64,000 nt of DNA from a virus, in the IMG/VR virus record IMGVR_UViG_3300000553_000005, positions 32,001-96,000 of that record, one strand, 5' to 3'. Positions 20,096-30,495 of the stretch are shown one piece after another. The notes beneath the pieces are model-generated. The model had not been told where the DNA came from, ran no database searches, and was given only the letters and a program-made list of their open reading frames with translations. Each line of letters opens with the position of its first letter. The first letter of the stretch is position 1. The position numbers were made by a program, and so were the translations under genes.

Positions 20096-21369
20096 TGATT
20101 TCCAATCTAATGGTTTTAGACAGCAGCCTAAATAATAGCCGAGATTTGACTTGGAATGATGATCCTGACCCTAAAGTCATTGGATACAATGTCTATCGTG
20201 CTTTTGATGCTCCTGTAAATTGGAAACTTTTGAATCCGTCTTTTCCTACTCCGGGTCATTTCTATAGAGATGAAACAACTTTAACCCCTATGAAATACAC
20301 GCTTCAGGATAAAGATTGGATTAGCCTTGGATCTAATGGACAATGGATTTTCAAACTCCCAGAAGCGCCCATTTGGTCCTCCATTTTAAAGGGTAGAAGT
20401 ATAGTTTCTAATCATCCAGATGATATAACTCTGACTATAAACGGGGAGTATTTAAGGGTTGGAAAAGTTGATGGTCAAGATGGCTTAGTAACCCTAACAA
20501 ATTTTAATACTTTATACACCGATGCTAAAACTTGGACTGAACCTTCAAATCCTTTTGTTAATAGTCCTAATGTACCTTTGTCAGAACTTGGTATTGAAGC
20601 AGTAGTCATTTATAAAAGATTGACAAACTATGTTGATATTTCTATTACTGGAATTAGAACTTATTACAGTGTTGTTCCAGTTTTTGAAGGTGGAAAAATA
20701 GCACATAATCCTGGTATCCCAGAATCACTATCAAATTCTCAAGAAGTTGATTCCCTGGATTTTATGTACGCTGAAATGGTTAGACGTAATGCTTGGATAT
20801 TTGAGCAAGTAGGGGAACCTGCATTGCTTATGATTAGGAAAACTAAAGGTATCCCTTGCGCTTGCACAGTAGCTAACGGAGAACCTAGAACCGGCTGTAA
20901 TGCTTGTTACGAAACTGGTATTATCGGAGGCTATTATGGACCTTTTGATTTGTTATTTATTGATCCAGATACCGCTGCCGTTAGAACTTTAGATGAGGGT
21001 GGCGCAAAAGTGGAACGTTCTGCTAGATCATATTTGGGAAGAAATCCAATAATTTCCTCTGGAGATTTAATTGTGAGAAGGAACGGTGATCGGATGGTCA
21101 TTCATAATGTTGTTTACAAAAGTCCCAGAGGTGTTTTACTTCAGCAAGATTTTGATTCAGAATTACTACAGAGAAAAGATACTCGCTATAGAATTCCATT
21201 AAGTCAAAATACTCCTCAGTTTCCCCCTGTGCTTTATGATCCTCGTTTTGAACCGGCGAATCCTCATGAAGAGCCGGTTACTAATCCTCTCGCTGATCCT
21301 ACTAAAGTTTGGGAGAATCCTATTGTTCCAAAAGGCCGCACTATTACGTTTGGAAACATCCAGTCTTAA
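20095..21369 (+). CDS. Putative head-tail joining/neck protein
   Basis: FN3-like start (LTWN...IGYNVYR), CxC...CxxC cluster, beta-rich C-terminus; downstream of MCP. Confidence 0.5.
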   Translation: MISNLMVLDSSLNNSRDLTWNDDPDPKVIGYNVYRAFDAPVNWKLLNPSFPTPGHFYRDETTLTPMKYTLQDKDWISLGSNGQWIFKLPEAPIWSSILKGRSIVSNHPDDITLTINGEYLRVGKVDGQDGLVTLTNFNTLYTDAKTWTEPSNPFVNSPNVPLSELGIEAVVIYKRLTNYVDISITGIRTYYSVVPVFEGGKIAHNPGIPESLSNSQEVDSLDFMYAEMVRRNAWIFEQVGEPALLMIRKTKGIPCACTVANGEPRTGCNACYETGIIGGYYGPFDLLFIDPDTAAVRTLDEGGAKVERSARSYLGRNPIISSGDLIVRRNGDRMVIHNVVYKSPRGVLLQQDFDSELLQRKDTRYRIPLSQNTPQFPPVLYDPRFEPANPHEEPVTNPLADPTKVWENPIVPKGRTITFGNIQS

Positions 21370-21377
21370 GGTATATT

Positions 21378-22823
21378 ATGAAGCAAGCTTATGTTAGTGA
21401 AAAATTTGGTATAGTTACATTATCCATTATTCGTGATAATCGACCTTCTATGCAAATTTCTATCGATATGGGTTTTACGCCAGTTTTTGCGATAAATCTG
21501 CCTTTTCCAGAAGATGAAATTCACAATTCAGATATTATATTCAATCAGGGTATTGGAATTCTCCTAGAACAAATTCATTTATTTTTGAATGATAGAGGTT
21601 TTCCAGAAGATGATATTACTGCAATAATAAGCACCATTATAGGATCTATGGATGAATATAGAGAAGAAGAGGGTTCTGAGAAAGCTGTAGCAGAAAGAGC
21701 TTCGGATATAGATGAAGGGGGCCAAGTTCAATTTCATGAAATTTATTTCCCCTTGGCGTCCTCTTTTACGAAACAGGTTCAAGACCATATTATTAGTAAT
21801 AAAACGGCTTCCGAGTATATTAATCGCGCTGTTGAATTTGAGAAAAGGCTTAAAGAAAGAGATCAAAATCAAAGAGCTAAAGAAGATGCAGCGGAAATTA
21901 TCAATCGTTACAAGGGAACTATCAAAAAAACCGTCCCAGGTCCCCTCTATGTCACTCTTTATGATCGTTTTGGGAAACCTTCTGGGGTTGCTAGAGTGAC
22001 TAATCAAGGAGTAACCAAATGGGCCGATGAAAAGAAATCTGCTATGAAGAAAATATCCTATGTTGTACATATGCCTGGGCATAAAAACTCTAAAGGTGAA
22101 GCCGCTCCTTGGGTAATTAAATCTCATGAAACTGGTAAGATTTTGAGTAGTCATAAGAGTCAAGCTGAAGCTAAAAAACATTTACAAGAAATGCATATTT
22201 TTAAGAATTCCCTTTTTAATCACGATACTTTTAATTTCTCTAATGATTACAAAACCAATACCGGAAAAATCCCAAGTAGCAACCCTAGTTTATTCCCCGA
22301 AGATGACGATAATATTCCTTTTCTTGAATCTCCAAAGACGAAAATCAAGGCCGCTGTAGAATATGACATAGATACTGGTCCTGGGACAAAACGTGATATT
22401 TCTTTCAATATTAAAGGAAAGTTAGGCCCTAATTTCAAGATATATGTTAATCCGGTTCCAGATGGGGGTTTAGAAGGTGAAGTATGGGTAGAATTTGAAG
22501 GAGAGGAATTAAATAGAGGGTATCCACCATTTAAACCTTCTGCCAAGTTTAAAGAAACACCACTAAAAACTGCTCAAAATTTTGCTTTTGAACTAAAAAA
22601 TATTATTGATCAAGAATATGATGAATTAATCTATGATGCTAAAGCTAAAAATGATAAAAATCGTATGGGAAGCTTAAAAGCAGAAGCAAATTTAAAATAT
22701 CAGGAGGTTTTAGCTGATATCATGAAAAAATTTGTGCCTCAACCTCCCCCTCGAAAGTGGTCTAAACTATTAAATGTAAAACAATCCCTACTTTCCCCTT
22801 CTTTTATAAAGGATCAGCTATGA
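21378..22823 (+). CDS. Modular hypothetical protein (putative internal head protein)
   Basis: Modules separated by KQA, KTAS, KSA and KAA motifs; short His-rich module HMPGHKNSKGEAAPWVIKSH. Confidence 0.55.
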   Translation: MKQAYVSEKFGIVTLSIIRDNRPSMQISIDMGFTPVFAINLPFPEDEIHNSDIIFNQGIGILLEQIHLFLNDRGFPEDDITAIISTIIGSMDEYREEEGSEKAVAERASDIDEGGQVQFHEIYFPLASSFTKQVQDHIISNKTASEYINRAVEFEKRLKERDQNQRAKEDAAEIINRYKGTIKKTVPGPLYVTLYDRFGKPSGVARVTNQGVTKWADEKKSAMKKISYVVHMPGHKNSKGEAAPWVIKSHETGKILSSHKSQAEAKKHLQEMHIFKNSLFNHDTFNFSNDYKTNTGKIPSSNPSLFPEDDDNIPFLESPKTKIKAAVEYDIDTGPGTKRDISFNIKGKLGPNFKIYVNPVPDGGLEGEVWVEFEGEELNRGYPPFKPSAKFKETPLKTAQNFAFELKNIIDQEYDELIYDAKAKNDKNRMGSLKAEANLKYQEVLADIMKKFVPQPPPRKWSKLLNVKQSLLSPSFIKDQL

Positions 22824-25800
22824 AATTAAGTGCGCTCACTATATTTGATGCCATGCAGAAGCAAAAATTCATGCTTCTAGCTGCCATGACCCCTCAGAAA
22901 AAAGAATTTTTAATGGGGAGATACCATGCCACTGAAGAACAGCTTGCTGAAGTTGATGCCGCTGATCCTACTCCCAATGGTGCCTATGCCGAATGGATTG
23001 TTCAGAGATGGCTTAGGGATGCGCAATTCCATCTACCTGAAGATGCCTTAGGCCCCAATGGTTTGAAGGCGGCTCTTAGCAAATTTAATAGAGATAGGAA
23101 CAAAGCAGCCTGGAGAGGGTTGGTGACACCTGATTTTCCTACTGGACTTTCCAATAACATTCAAGAATATTCCTACCAGACCCTTCTTTCTTCAGTTTTG
23201 GCCTTTAAAGATCCCAATGAAGTCTCTATTCCGGAAGTTTCCGCTCCTATCATTTACGAAGGTCAGGGAGCAATCCTCTGGAAAGTGCCAAAAGATGATT
23301 GGCAGAGCTTGTGGGAATTAGGCAAGGCAGGAAAAGCTAGTTGGTGTACGGCTCGTCCTGGTGATCCTAGTTTTGCAAAGCATTATATCACTACCGGTCC
23401 AATTTATGTTTGTTTCGTAGATGGGAAGCCTTATTTTCAATATATGCCTGGAGGAAGAACCGCTAACGGTGGTCATGAAAACCCTCAATTCATGGATCGC
23501 TTTAATACTGCCTTCATGAAAACCACTATGATTGACCAAAGAGCTTATGATATTCTTAAGGCGGTACCTAGTGAGCCTGATTTAGTTAAAGTTACTGAGC
23601 AATTCAGTCCCCCTAATATGGATGGAGCTGAAACTTTAAAATATTTGAGTGAGGTTCTTTCTCTTGACAAAGATTACTGGAAACGTAGTCCGGAATTTAG
23701 AGAAAAAGAACTATTATTCGTTAAGAGTAAATATATTCATGCCGACCCTGATGAACTCACTGCCCTTATCCTAAAATACCCAAGAACCGGAGAGTTGATC
23801 AAAGATTTTGCCGATGAGAACCCACATGTAAAGAAGCTTAATGAAAAATTGTCCACCTACCCGACCATGGCCGATTTCAAAAAAGATTTTTTTGATAAGG
23901 GGGCTACCAATATAGTCGGAGTTACTGGAAGGGGTGTATTTGATGATGATCAAAGGGCCATGATGGTTAATCTCCCTCCTTTATTTGATAAAATTTTTGC
24001 TTTATACCGTAAAGAGACAAACTTTGATGCTACGTTTGCTGAAATGAAGTCCCTGGCTGCTGCTAAAGATCCCAAAGCCTTAGAGATCGCCAGAACTTTA
24101 GTGGGGGGTATCCGAGATTCTTTTTATGGGCAAAGTTGGAGATCAGACGCTTCTGGTAAAGGTCTTAATTATGCTGGGGCAGATAAAGCAGCGGGACGTT
24201 TTATTGACATTATCAAATCAGTGGTTCGTCCCATCATCAAAGGCATCTACACTAATTTAGAAACGGAACTATCTACTTACACCCCCACCAATTATATGAC
24301 TCTCAGAGAGAAACTTAACGATATCAAGGGAAGTATTCAACATGCCTTTCCTTCTGACGAAAACGTTAATATCATCATTAGAGAAAAAGAAACAGAAATT
24401 AAGAAAAAGGTCATGGCAAATTTCTATGCCGAGATCCCTTCGGATCTGATTATTTCTGATTTAATGAAAAAGATGAAAGAAATGGAAGTTGTTGCCATAA
24501 ATCTAGCAGGAGATTTGGCCCAAGAAACAGTTGAAACAGGTTGTAATCAGATTCTTGGCCCAAAACTTAAGCAAGCTATTGATAAATTAGTCTCAGAAAA
24601 CGTGGATGATCCTGCCAAGCTCACATCTGAGCTAATGGCTCTTAAAACATCCTTTCGTACTCCTGAAGATCCCTATATTAGAGGAAATTATACCACTAAT
24701 GCTGTCACTACTGCTTTCGCTAAGGAAGCAGAACCAATAATCCAAAAAAGATATATCGATTTAGGCACAAAGGGTTTATCAACTGAGCAACTTCTTTCTC
24801 AGGGCACTCAAATTCAAGATGAAGCTACTGTGTTGGGGGTTAAGGGGATAAATGCCCACTCAGAATTTATCAATTCTTTTGTAATTCCTCAAATTACAAG
24901 AGAATTTAATATGATTCAAGAACAACAAGAAACTCTAAGTAACACAGATTATCTAGCCCTGCTTATCAATGCTCAATATAAGCTTATTCAAATAAGCACC
25001 AATGGCAGAGTTCAAGAAACGGCCAGAACAGAATTTAAACGTCTTGCCGAAGAACCAATTAAGGAACATCTTGCTTCTCTTACTAAATTGAAACATGTTA
25101 AAGACCAAATTGAAGCTTGGGATATGGAAGAAGTTGGTTGGATAAACGCTTTAGCCGAAGAGAGAATGACAGAGATTAGAGAAGGAAGGGCCGCTAGACA
25201 AGTAGATAGACCCGGAGGTGCTGCAACCAGAACTCGTTTCGCTCCTAAGGCTGAATTTGAAAAGTGGGGACAGGAAGTCCGTGCTTGGGAACAAACTAAA
25301 CGTCAACAACCTCAACAGCTTAATCCAGATGGCACTACTGGTCCAGCCCCACTTCCTCCCAAACCAAAAGTTAGTGAGAAGACTGAAGCTTTTATTATGA
25401 CTTCACCCTCTATCGAACAGAGCGAAGTATCAGAATATTATGAATTTATTGATGAAGTTTCTCCCGCATATCAAGCCTGGATTATTGACAGAAATCCTTC
25501 AGCCGCTTTTGTTTATTTGAAAAATAAGGCAAAGACTTGGCCTCAATTGGGAGAAAAACTTATATTTATCAGTGGTATAGGAAACACTACATTAGAGGCT
25601 TATAGAAAATTCATCTATAAAGACACCGTTTGGCCTGAATACGAGGCCAGCGTGCTAGCCCTCTCTCTCGCCAACCGTAATGATGGTGGCAATTTGGAGA
25701 AGATGGTTAATTATAGCATTGAAATGAAAAAAGGGCACTGGCAACCTTTGGATGATAAACTTAAAACCCTTATCACCGGCCCTAATTGGACCAGCATTTT

Positions 25801-26056
25801 CACAAGTCATTATTTTGGAAATTACTGGAAAGACCCCATCTTCAGATATATTGGAGCTACTGGTCGCTTGGCCGATAAGGATGTGGAAAAAATCCTTTGT
25901 GGAAACGCTGATTTCGCTATTGAATATCTTCGTAAGCTTATTCCAGCCGACAAGATTTCAGAACTTCTAGATAAATTTAATGAGAAAAAAGAAGCCGGTA
26001 AGAGAAATATAATTTCAGTATTATTAAGAGAACTGGAGAAATCGCATGAATTGTAA
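22820..26056 (+). CDS. Large alpha-helical protein with WCT-motif domain
   Basis: 1078 aa; DPTPNGAYAEWI and GKASWCTA...HYITTGPIYV motifs. Confidence 0.7.
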   Translation: MKLSALTIFDAMQKQKFMLLAAMTPQKKEFLMGRYHATEEQLAEVDAADPTPNGAYAEWIVQRWLRDAQFHLPEDALGPNGLKAALSKFNRDRNKAAWRGLVTPDFPTGLSNNIQEYSYQTLLSSVLAFKDPNEVSIPEVSAPIIYEGQGAILWKVPKDDWQSLWELGKAGKASWCTARPGDPSFAKHYITTGPIYVCFVDGKPYFQYMPGGRTANGGHENPQFMDRFNTAFMKTTMIDQRAYDILKAVPSEPDLVKVTEQFSPPNMDGAETLKYLSEVLSLDKDYWKRSPEFREKELLFVKSKYIHADPDELTALILKYPRTGELIKDFADENPHVKKLNEKLSTYPTMADFKKDFFDKGATNIVGVTGRGVFDDDQRAMMVNLPPLFDKIFALYRKETNFDATFAEMKSLAAAKDPKALEIARTLVGGIRDSFYGQSWRSDASGKGLNYAGADKAAGRFIDIIKSVVRPIIKGIYTNLETELSTYTPTNYMTLREKLNDIKGSIQHAFPSDENVNIIIREKETEIKKKVMANFYAEIPSDLIISDLMKKMKEMEVVAINLAGDLAQETVETGCNQILGPKLKQAIDKLVSENVDDPAKLTSELMALKTSFRTPEDPYIRGNYTTNAVTTAFAKEAEPIIQKRYIDLGTKGLSTEQLLSQGTQIQDEATVLGVKGINAHSEFINSFVIPQITREFNMIQEQQETLSNTDYLALLINAQYKLIQISTNGRVQETARTEFKRLAEEPIKEHLASLTKLKHVKDQIEAWDMEEVGWINALAEERMTEIREGRAARQVDRPGGAATRTRFAPKAEFEKWGQEVRAWEQTKRQQPQQLNPDGTTGPAPLPPKPKVSEKTEAFIMTSPSIEQSEVSEYYEFIDEVSPAYQAWIIDRNPSAAFVYLKNKAKTWPQLGEKLIFISGIGNTTLEAYRKFIYKDTVWPEYEASVLALSLANRNDGGNLEKMVNYSIEMKKGHWQPLDDKLKTLITGPNWTSIFTSHYFGNYWKDPIFRYIGATGRLADKDVEKILCGNADFAIEYLRKLIPADKISELLDKFNEKKEAGKRNIISVLLRELEKSHEL

Positions 26057-26630
26057 AGATTACTATACCCAAGGCTTGACTGGTCGAATTAGAATTTTCG
26101 AGGAAGAAAATCCTTCCAATATTCTTTTAGATGAAAAAAATCTTATTCTAAACGGAACATCTTGGCTATTCTCTCAACTTATGATGAATGCAAGCTCTGT
26201 CACCAATTCTGTATGGGGTCTAGCCATGGGTGCTGGGGATCCTAATTGGGATGAAAGTGGTCTAGTTCTCCCTATTGCCACTGATTACTCCCTTTTAGCC
26301 CAATTTCCTGTCCCCGGTCCAGGAAGAATTGCCTTCTCCGCTAAAAATTTTATAGATGCTAACGGAGTAGCAACCGCTTGGTCCACTACTATTGATTTTC
26401 AAACTAATGTATCTACGACTATTTTCCCAGCCCTTCAAGGAACCGCCATTCGTGAATTAGGTTTGATTGGTGGGGTTGCCCCAACTTCGGGGGATTTTTC
26501 CTCTGCACCGTTTTTTAATCCAGCCAGCCCTTCTCCAGCTTCTGTAGTCTTAATTAATTCCAAAAGATTTCAATCTCTGGTTCTTCCTGATGGGGTTAGT
26601 TTCACAATTTCTTGGCAATTAGCCTTCTAA
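26046..26630 (+). CDS. Putative baseplate/tail-fibre attachment protein
   Basis: KNLILNG...LAMGAG...AIRELGL...ISWQLAF pattern typical of myovirus baseplate and fibre N-terminal-like proteins. Confidence 0.55.
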   Translation: MNCKDYYTQGLTGRIRIFEEENPSNILLDEKNLILNGTSWLFSQLMMNASSVTNSVWGLAMGAGDPNWDESGLVLPIATDYSLLAQFPVPGPGRIAFSAKNFIDANGVATAWSTTIDFQTNVSTTIFPALQGTAIRELGLIGGVAPTSGDFSSAPFFNPASPSPASVVLINSKRFQSLVLPDGVSFTISWQLAF

Positions 26631-26641
26631 CGGAGCCTTAT

Positions 26642-27796
26642 ATGTTTAAATTTACTGCTGATTATCTTATCAAAAAAGCTTGGTCCAAAGCTATAAAGAC
26701 TGAAATTCAACGTCTTTATCAAGATAAACCAGCTTATCCCAATTTTCCTGAGGACGAAGCTAAACTAGACTCTGTTATGACCACTCTAGAGAGTTGGCTT
26801 CCTGCTGGTCTAGGAACTAAGGTTAAGCCTTACTTAATTTACCTTTGTAAAAAGCTGTTTCAAGCTCAACCAGAATTTCAAATTTCAGAAAATGGTCAAG
26901 ATGAAGACGGTATTCAGGAACTTCTTGCAAAACACCGTGAAAAATTTCCTACTGGTCCTGATTCTGATTGCGGTCAGTTTAGAAAAACTATCGCTGAGTT
27001 AAAGAGTGAGATTGATGAAGAGGCCGAAGTTGAAAGACCTGGATTTACTCCAGAAGACATGGCAATAGTTAATGCTGGTGCTACAGTCATCGCTCATGTG
27101 GGTGATTGGGAACTTTATAAATGTGATGAGCAAACAAAAGGCGCCGCCGCCATTAAAGCTATGGGAAGACTTTGTAATAATAGCAAGACAGGAGTTACAT
27201 GGTGTACTGGTGAAGATAGAGGACCAGCGACCACCTATATTAATAACGGACCCTTTTATGTAGCTCTTAAAGGAGGAAGGACTCGCTATGCTTTAGCCCA
27301 TCAGAAAGGTCCAAATCAAATTGATATTATTCCTCCTGAGAATGTGGTAGTCTGGACAACTGGAGATGAACAAGCCGCAGGAAGATTTACCAATCTTGAA
27401 GCTGTATCTGTTGAAAGAGGTGTAGATTTTGATTTTTCCACAATTAGCTCAATTCCTGCTGAACTAGTTCCCCTCTTAACCCAAGCTGAGACAGTCGATC
27501 CCCATTTGGCTGAGATGGTCCCGATTCCTCCTCCTTTTGATAAGGATCAGCTAAAGGCGTTGGTCCGTGTCACTCCCCAAGAAAAATTAGTTGAAGATTG
27601 GAATAGGAATAGCAGTAATGATAAAGGGAGAGTTCAGACCATTATGGCAGTCTCCATTGATCTTCGCCAAGAGCTAAAAGATGTGTATGATAAGTTTAAC
27701 ACTGAAACTCTGAATAGCTATATCATTTCCCTGGCTGCTGCGGGTTACACCTCTCTTCCAAAATCCCTTGAAGATTTTATTGTAGATAATTTTTAA
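26642..27796 (+). CDS. WCT-motif domain protein, paralog of 22820..26056
   Basis: GGAG RBS; GVTWCTG...TYINNGPFYV matches the upstream WCT domain. Confidence 0.65.
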   Translation: MFKFTADYLIKKAWSKAIKTEIQRLYQDKPAYPNFPEDEAKLDSVMTTLESWLPAGLGTKVKPYLIYLCKKLFQAQPEFQISENGQDEDGIQELLAKHREKFPTGPDSDCGQFRKTIAELKSEIDEEAEVERPGFTPEDMAIVNAGATVIAHVGDWELYKCDEQTKGAAAIKAMGRLCNNSKTGVTWCTGEDRGPATTYINNGPFYVALKGGRTRYALAHQKGPNQIDIIPPENVVVWTTGDEQAAGRFTNLEAVSVERGVDFDFSTISSIPAELVPLLTQAETVDPHLAEMVPIPPPFDKDQLKALVRVTPQEKLVEDWNRNSSNDKGRVQTIMAVSIDLRQELKDVYDKFNTETLNSYIISLAAAGYTSLPKSLEDFIVDNF

Positions 27797-27849
27797 GTAT
27801 TGAAATTGGTTTACTTACTTTGGAACCATAAGAATTTCTTATACTAACC

Positions 27850-27878
27850 GCTACAAAATTTCAAAATCCTAGTATAAT
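27850..27878 (+). promoter_or_regulatory. Promoter motif RCYACAAA-N13-RGTATAAT
   Basis: GCTACAAA-N13-AGTATAAT; same spacing at 30669, 35072 and 60850. Confidence 0.7.
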
Positions 27879-27898
27879 AAGTGTAAGGAGGTTTCCTT

Positions 27899-28627
27899 AT
27901 GCTGAAGCCAAAACCAAAGTGGCTGCAAAGGGTAACCCCATCTGGCACATGGGTTACACTTGCCCCACATATATACTATCCAACTTATATTACTAAACCT
28001 GAGTTGTATCCGGACATTATTGCTCATGAAGAAGTTCATGTTCGCCAACAGACCGCCATGGGACTTAAGAAATGGCTCTCTCGTTATCTTGTTGATAAAG
28101 AGTTTAGAATGCACCAGGAATGCGAAGCCGCCGCCGCTCAAGTAATTGAAGGGACGGATGACGAGGAATATATCATTAAGATGTTCCAGTCAATGCTTAA
28201 CACATCAACTTATTTCTTCTGTGATGCCAGTCCTGAATCCGTAAAGGAGACAATTAAGCATTATGTCGGCCTATATCATACAGTAGCAGAAAATCCTGTT
28301 ATTAAAAAACAGAAGAAATTGGATGCTTTGTGGGCTGCTACTTCTTGGTATACTCCAACTTGGACCAAAAATACTTATCCACTAGCAACTTGGGAGAGCA
28401 AGTATAAAACTACTCCTTCCTCTAGATCTCTCTATGAAGATGTTTATGAGGATCTGTACCCGGTCTTACAGAAAGATGGTACCACCGGCTACTACTCCCA
28501 CTCTGAATTGAGTAATAATCAAAATAGGAGGACAGATGAAGATGGTCAAGACGCCAATGGAAAAACCGATAAGTATTCTTGGTATCAGGATCCCATCCTT
28601 ATGGAAAATTACCTGGACAGATACTGA
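27899..28627 (+). CDS. Zincin-like metallopeptidase domain protein
   Basis: IIAHEEVHVRQQ (HExxH) and downstream ECEA; AAGGAGG RBS. Confidence 0.65.
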   Translation: MLKPKPKWLQRVTPSGTWVTLAPHIYYPTYITKPELYPDIIAHEEVHVRQQTAMGLKKWLSRYLVDKEFRMHQECEAAAAQVIEGTDDEEYIIKMFQSMLNTSTYFFCDASPESVKETIKHYVGLYHTVAENPVIKKQKKLDALWAATSWYTPTWTKNTYPLATWESKYKTTPSSRSLYEDVYEDLYPVLQKDGTTGYYSHSELSNNQNRRTDEDGQDANGKTDKYSWYQDPILMENYLDRY

Positions 28628-28727
28628 GAGTAATTCAGATATAAATTTTATATACGGGTTAAAATAGCAAAGAACTTAGTAAAGAATCATTATCAGATGG
28701 TAAAATACCATTTTAAAGGAGAAATAA

Positions 28728-29036
28728 ATGGATCACGGTGTCCCTCTTAAGCACGAAATCAAGCAGTATCTTCACGGAAAGAACGGAGAACGAACAGCCC
28801 TATTCGTGGCCTTCGCTGATGAACAGGGTCAAGTTCGTTGTGGCTATTCCAAGAGAGCCAAGGCTGACAAGAAGTGGGATGATGTCCTCTCCCATCAGAT
28901 TGCCTATGGACGAGCTTATAAGCGCAATTTTACCCCGCTTGACAAGATTCCCCCTAGTATTAAGAACGATTATATTAAGTTCTTAAATCGCGTGGTCGGA
29001 TATTTCAAGCTGGCCGAGGACACAAACGTTAAATAA
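28728..29036 (+). CDS. Hypothetical phage protein
   Basis: AAGGAG RBS; C-ending codon bias. Confidence 0.7.
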   Translation: MDHGVPLKHEIKQYLHGKNGERTALFVAFADEQGQVRCGYSKRAKADKKWDDVLSHQIAYGRAYKRNFTPLDKIPPSIKNDYIKFLNRVVGYFKLAEDTNVK

Positions 29037-29068
29037 ACAAACTATAGGAATATTCATTAAGGCACGTT

Positions 29069-29464
29069 ATGAACATTCCACTGACAGGGGTTAGACATAT
29101 TGACATGGATCACTCTGCCATCATTAATATGTTGGATGAGTTGAATAACCACCTTGATGGTGCATTTAATTTGAATGAAACAGAATATACTGACATCCTG
29201 CTTCACATTTTGGACTATTGCTCTCGACATTGCAGAGAAGAAGAGTCTACTATGCACAAGATTAACTATCCAGGAATATCTTTTCACCATGATAAACACA
29301 CGGAGATGATCTTTGCTATAAAAGATTGTCTCCGTGCTACAATGGAGAGAAAGATTACCAGGAAAGAAAACGTTCAAAAATGCAGAGAAATTATTTACGA
29401 TCATATTACCAGATGTGACTCGTCTTTTGCCACTTTTTGTAAGGAACATGACATTTATTTATAA
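29069..29464 (+). CDS. Bacteriohemerythrin-like protein
   Basis: TGVRHIDMDH, HCREEESTM...YP, HHDKH, HITRCD: di-iron ligand pattern H/HxxxE/HxxxH/HxxxxD. Confidence 0.85.
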   Translation: MNIPLTGVRHIDMDHSAIINMLDELNNHLDGAFNLNETEYTDILLHILDYCSRHCREEESTMHKINYPGISFHHDKHTEMIFAIKDCLRATMERKITRKENVQKCREIIYDHITRCDSSFATFCKEHDIYL

Positions 29465-29474
29465 GGGTTTACCA

Positions 29475-29852
29475 ATGACTTGGATTTCAGATCTAAAAAT
29501 TAAATATCCTATGTTTAAAGACATTTATCCTTACAACTTTGGTGTTGGAGATGGTTGGCGAGATCTTATAGAACAATTATGCTTTGATCTTAGTAAATTA
29601 AATATCAAAGTTGTGCAAGTAAAAGAAAAATTTGGTGGTTTGCGTTTCTATGTAGACGCTAAGAGTCAGAAGACCTCCGAAAAAGCCTACAAACTCATTT
29701 CTGCCGCAGAAGATAAATCCTTTATCATTTGTGAAACTTGTGGCGCAGCGGGTTCTCTGAGAAATCGAAGGGGTTGGCTCTCGACTCTTTGCGATGACTG
29801 CTTTAAGAAAGGCCCCAAATATGACCACGATAGCGAATCTAACAATAACTGA
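29475..29852 (+). CDS. Conserved phage protein with C-terminal Zn ribbon
   Basis: GDGW...QVKEKFGGLRFY...CETCG...LCDDC. Confidence 0.75.
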   Translation: MTWISDLKIKYPMFKDIYPYNFGVGDGWRDLIEQLCFDLSKLNIKVVQVKEKFGGLRFYVDAKSQKTSEKAYKLISAAEDKSFIICETCGAAGSLRNRRGWLSTLCDDCFKKGPKYDHDSESNNN

Positions 29853-30495
29853 TTTAACTATGCTTGCGGTAGTTGAAACATTTGAGAATGGTAGACCCAA
29901 TCTCTTTGGTCAGACTTACTTTAATCCAAATACTCATGAACTTTCTGGGGGATTACTCATGGCCTCCTTTCTTTCTGGGACTATGGGTAAGTTATTGACC
30001 GCTTATCAGCTTGCAGGAGGTTCTCATATTGATTCCCCTTTTATCGATTCAGCTACTTCAAAAATACCTGATCCGACCAAAATTGATGTGGTGACATTCC
30101 GAAATCAATTCAAGGAAGCCGCCGCTGATCCTATTATGATGACTACCCAGAAAAATTTTTTCGCTTCTCAATTTCTTGATACAGCCAAAGGAAGAGCCGC
30201 TCAGATGGGTATTACAGAACCTCTAGGAGTTCTCACAATCTTAGACTCAACGGTTCAAGGTGGATTGCATTCGGTGATTTCGTTTATGAAGGCCCAAGAT
30301 CTTAATCAGTGGGAATGGGTCCGTCAATATGTAGCGGCTCGTAAGATTTGGCTTTCTTCCAGGACTACTACGGTTGGAACAGTATATAGAATGAATGTCA
30401 TTCAAAGTTTCATTGACGCGAACAACTGGAAATTGGGTTTACCCTTGAATGTTTTCTCTCAGAGATATATAATTACTGAACAGGACGTTTTATGA
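29821..30495 (+). CDS. GH46 chitosanase/lysozyme-like muramidase (candidate endolysin)
   Basis: VVETFENG catalytic Glu region, FKEAAADP...Q, LDSTVQGG, YVAARK..L...YRM pattern. Confidence 0.6.
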   Translation: MTTIANLTITDLTMLAVVETFENGRPNLFGQTYFNPNTHELSGGLLMASFLSGTMGKLLTAYQLAGGSHIDSPFIDSATSKIPDPTKIDVVTFRNQFKEAAADPIMMTTQKNFFASQFLDTAKGRAAQMGITEPLGVLTILDSTVQGGLHSVISFMKAQDLNQWEWVRQYVAARKIWLSSRTTTVGTVYRMNVIQSFIDANNWKLGLPLNVFSQRYIITEQDVL

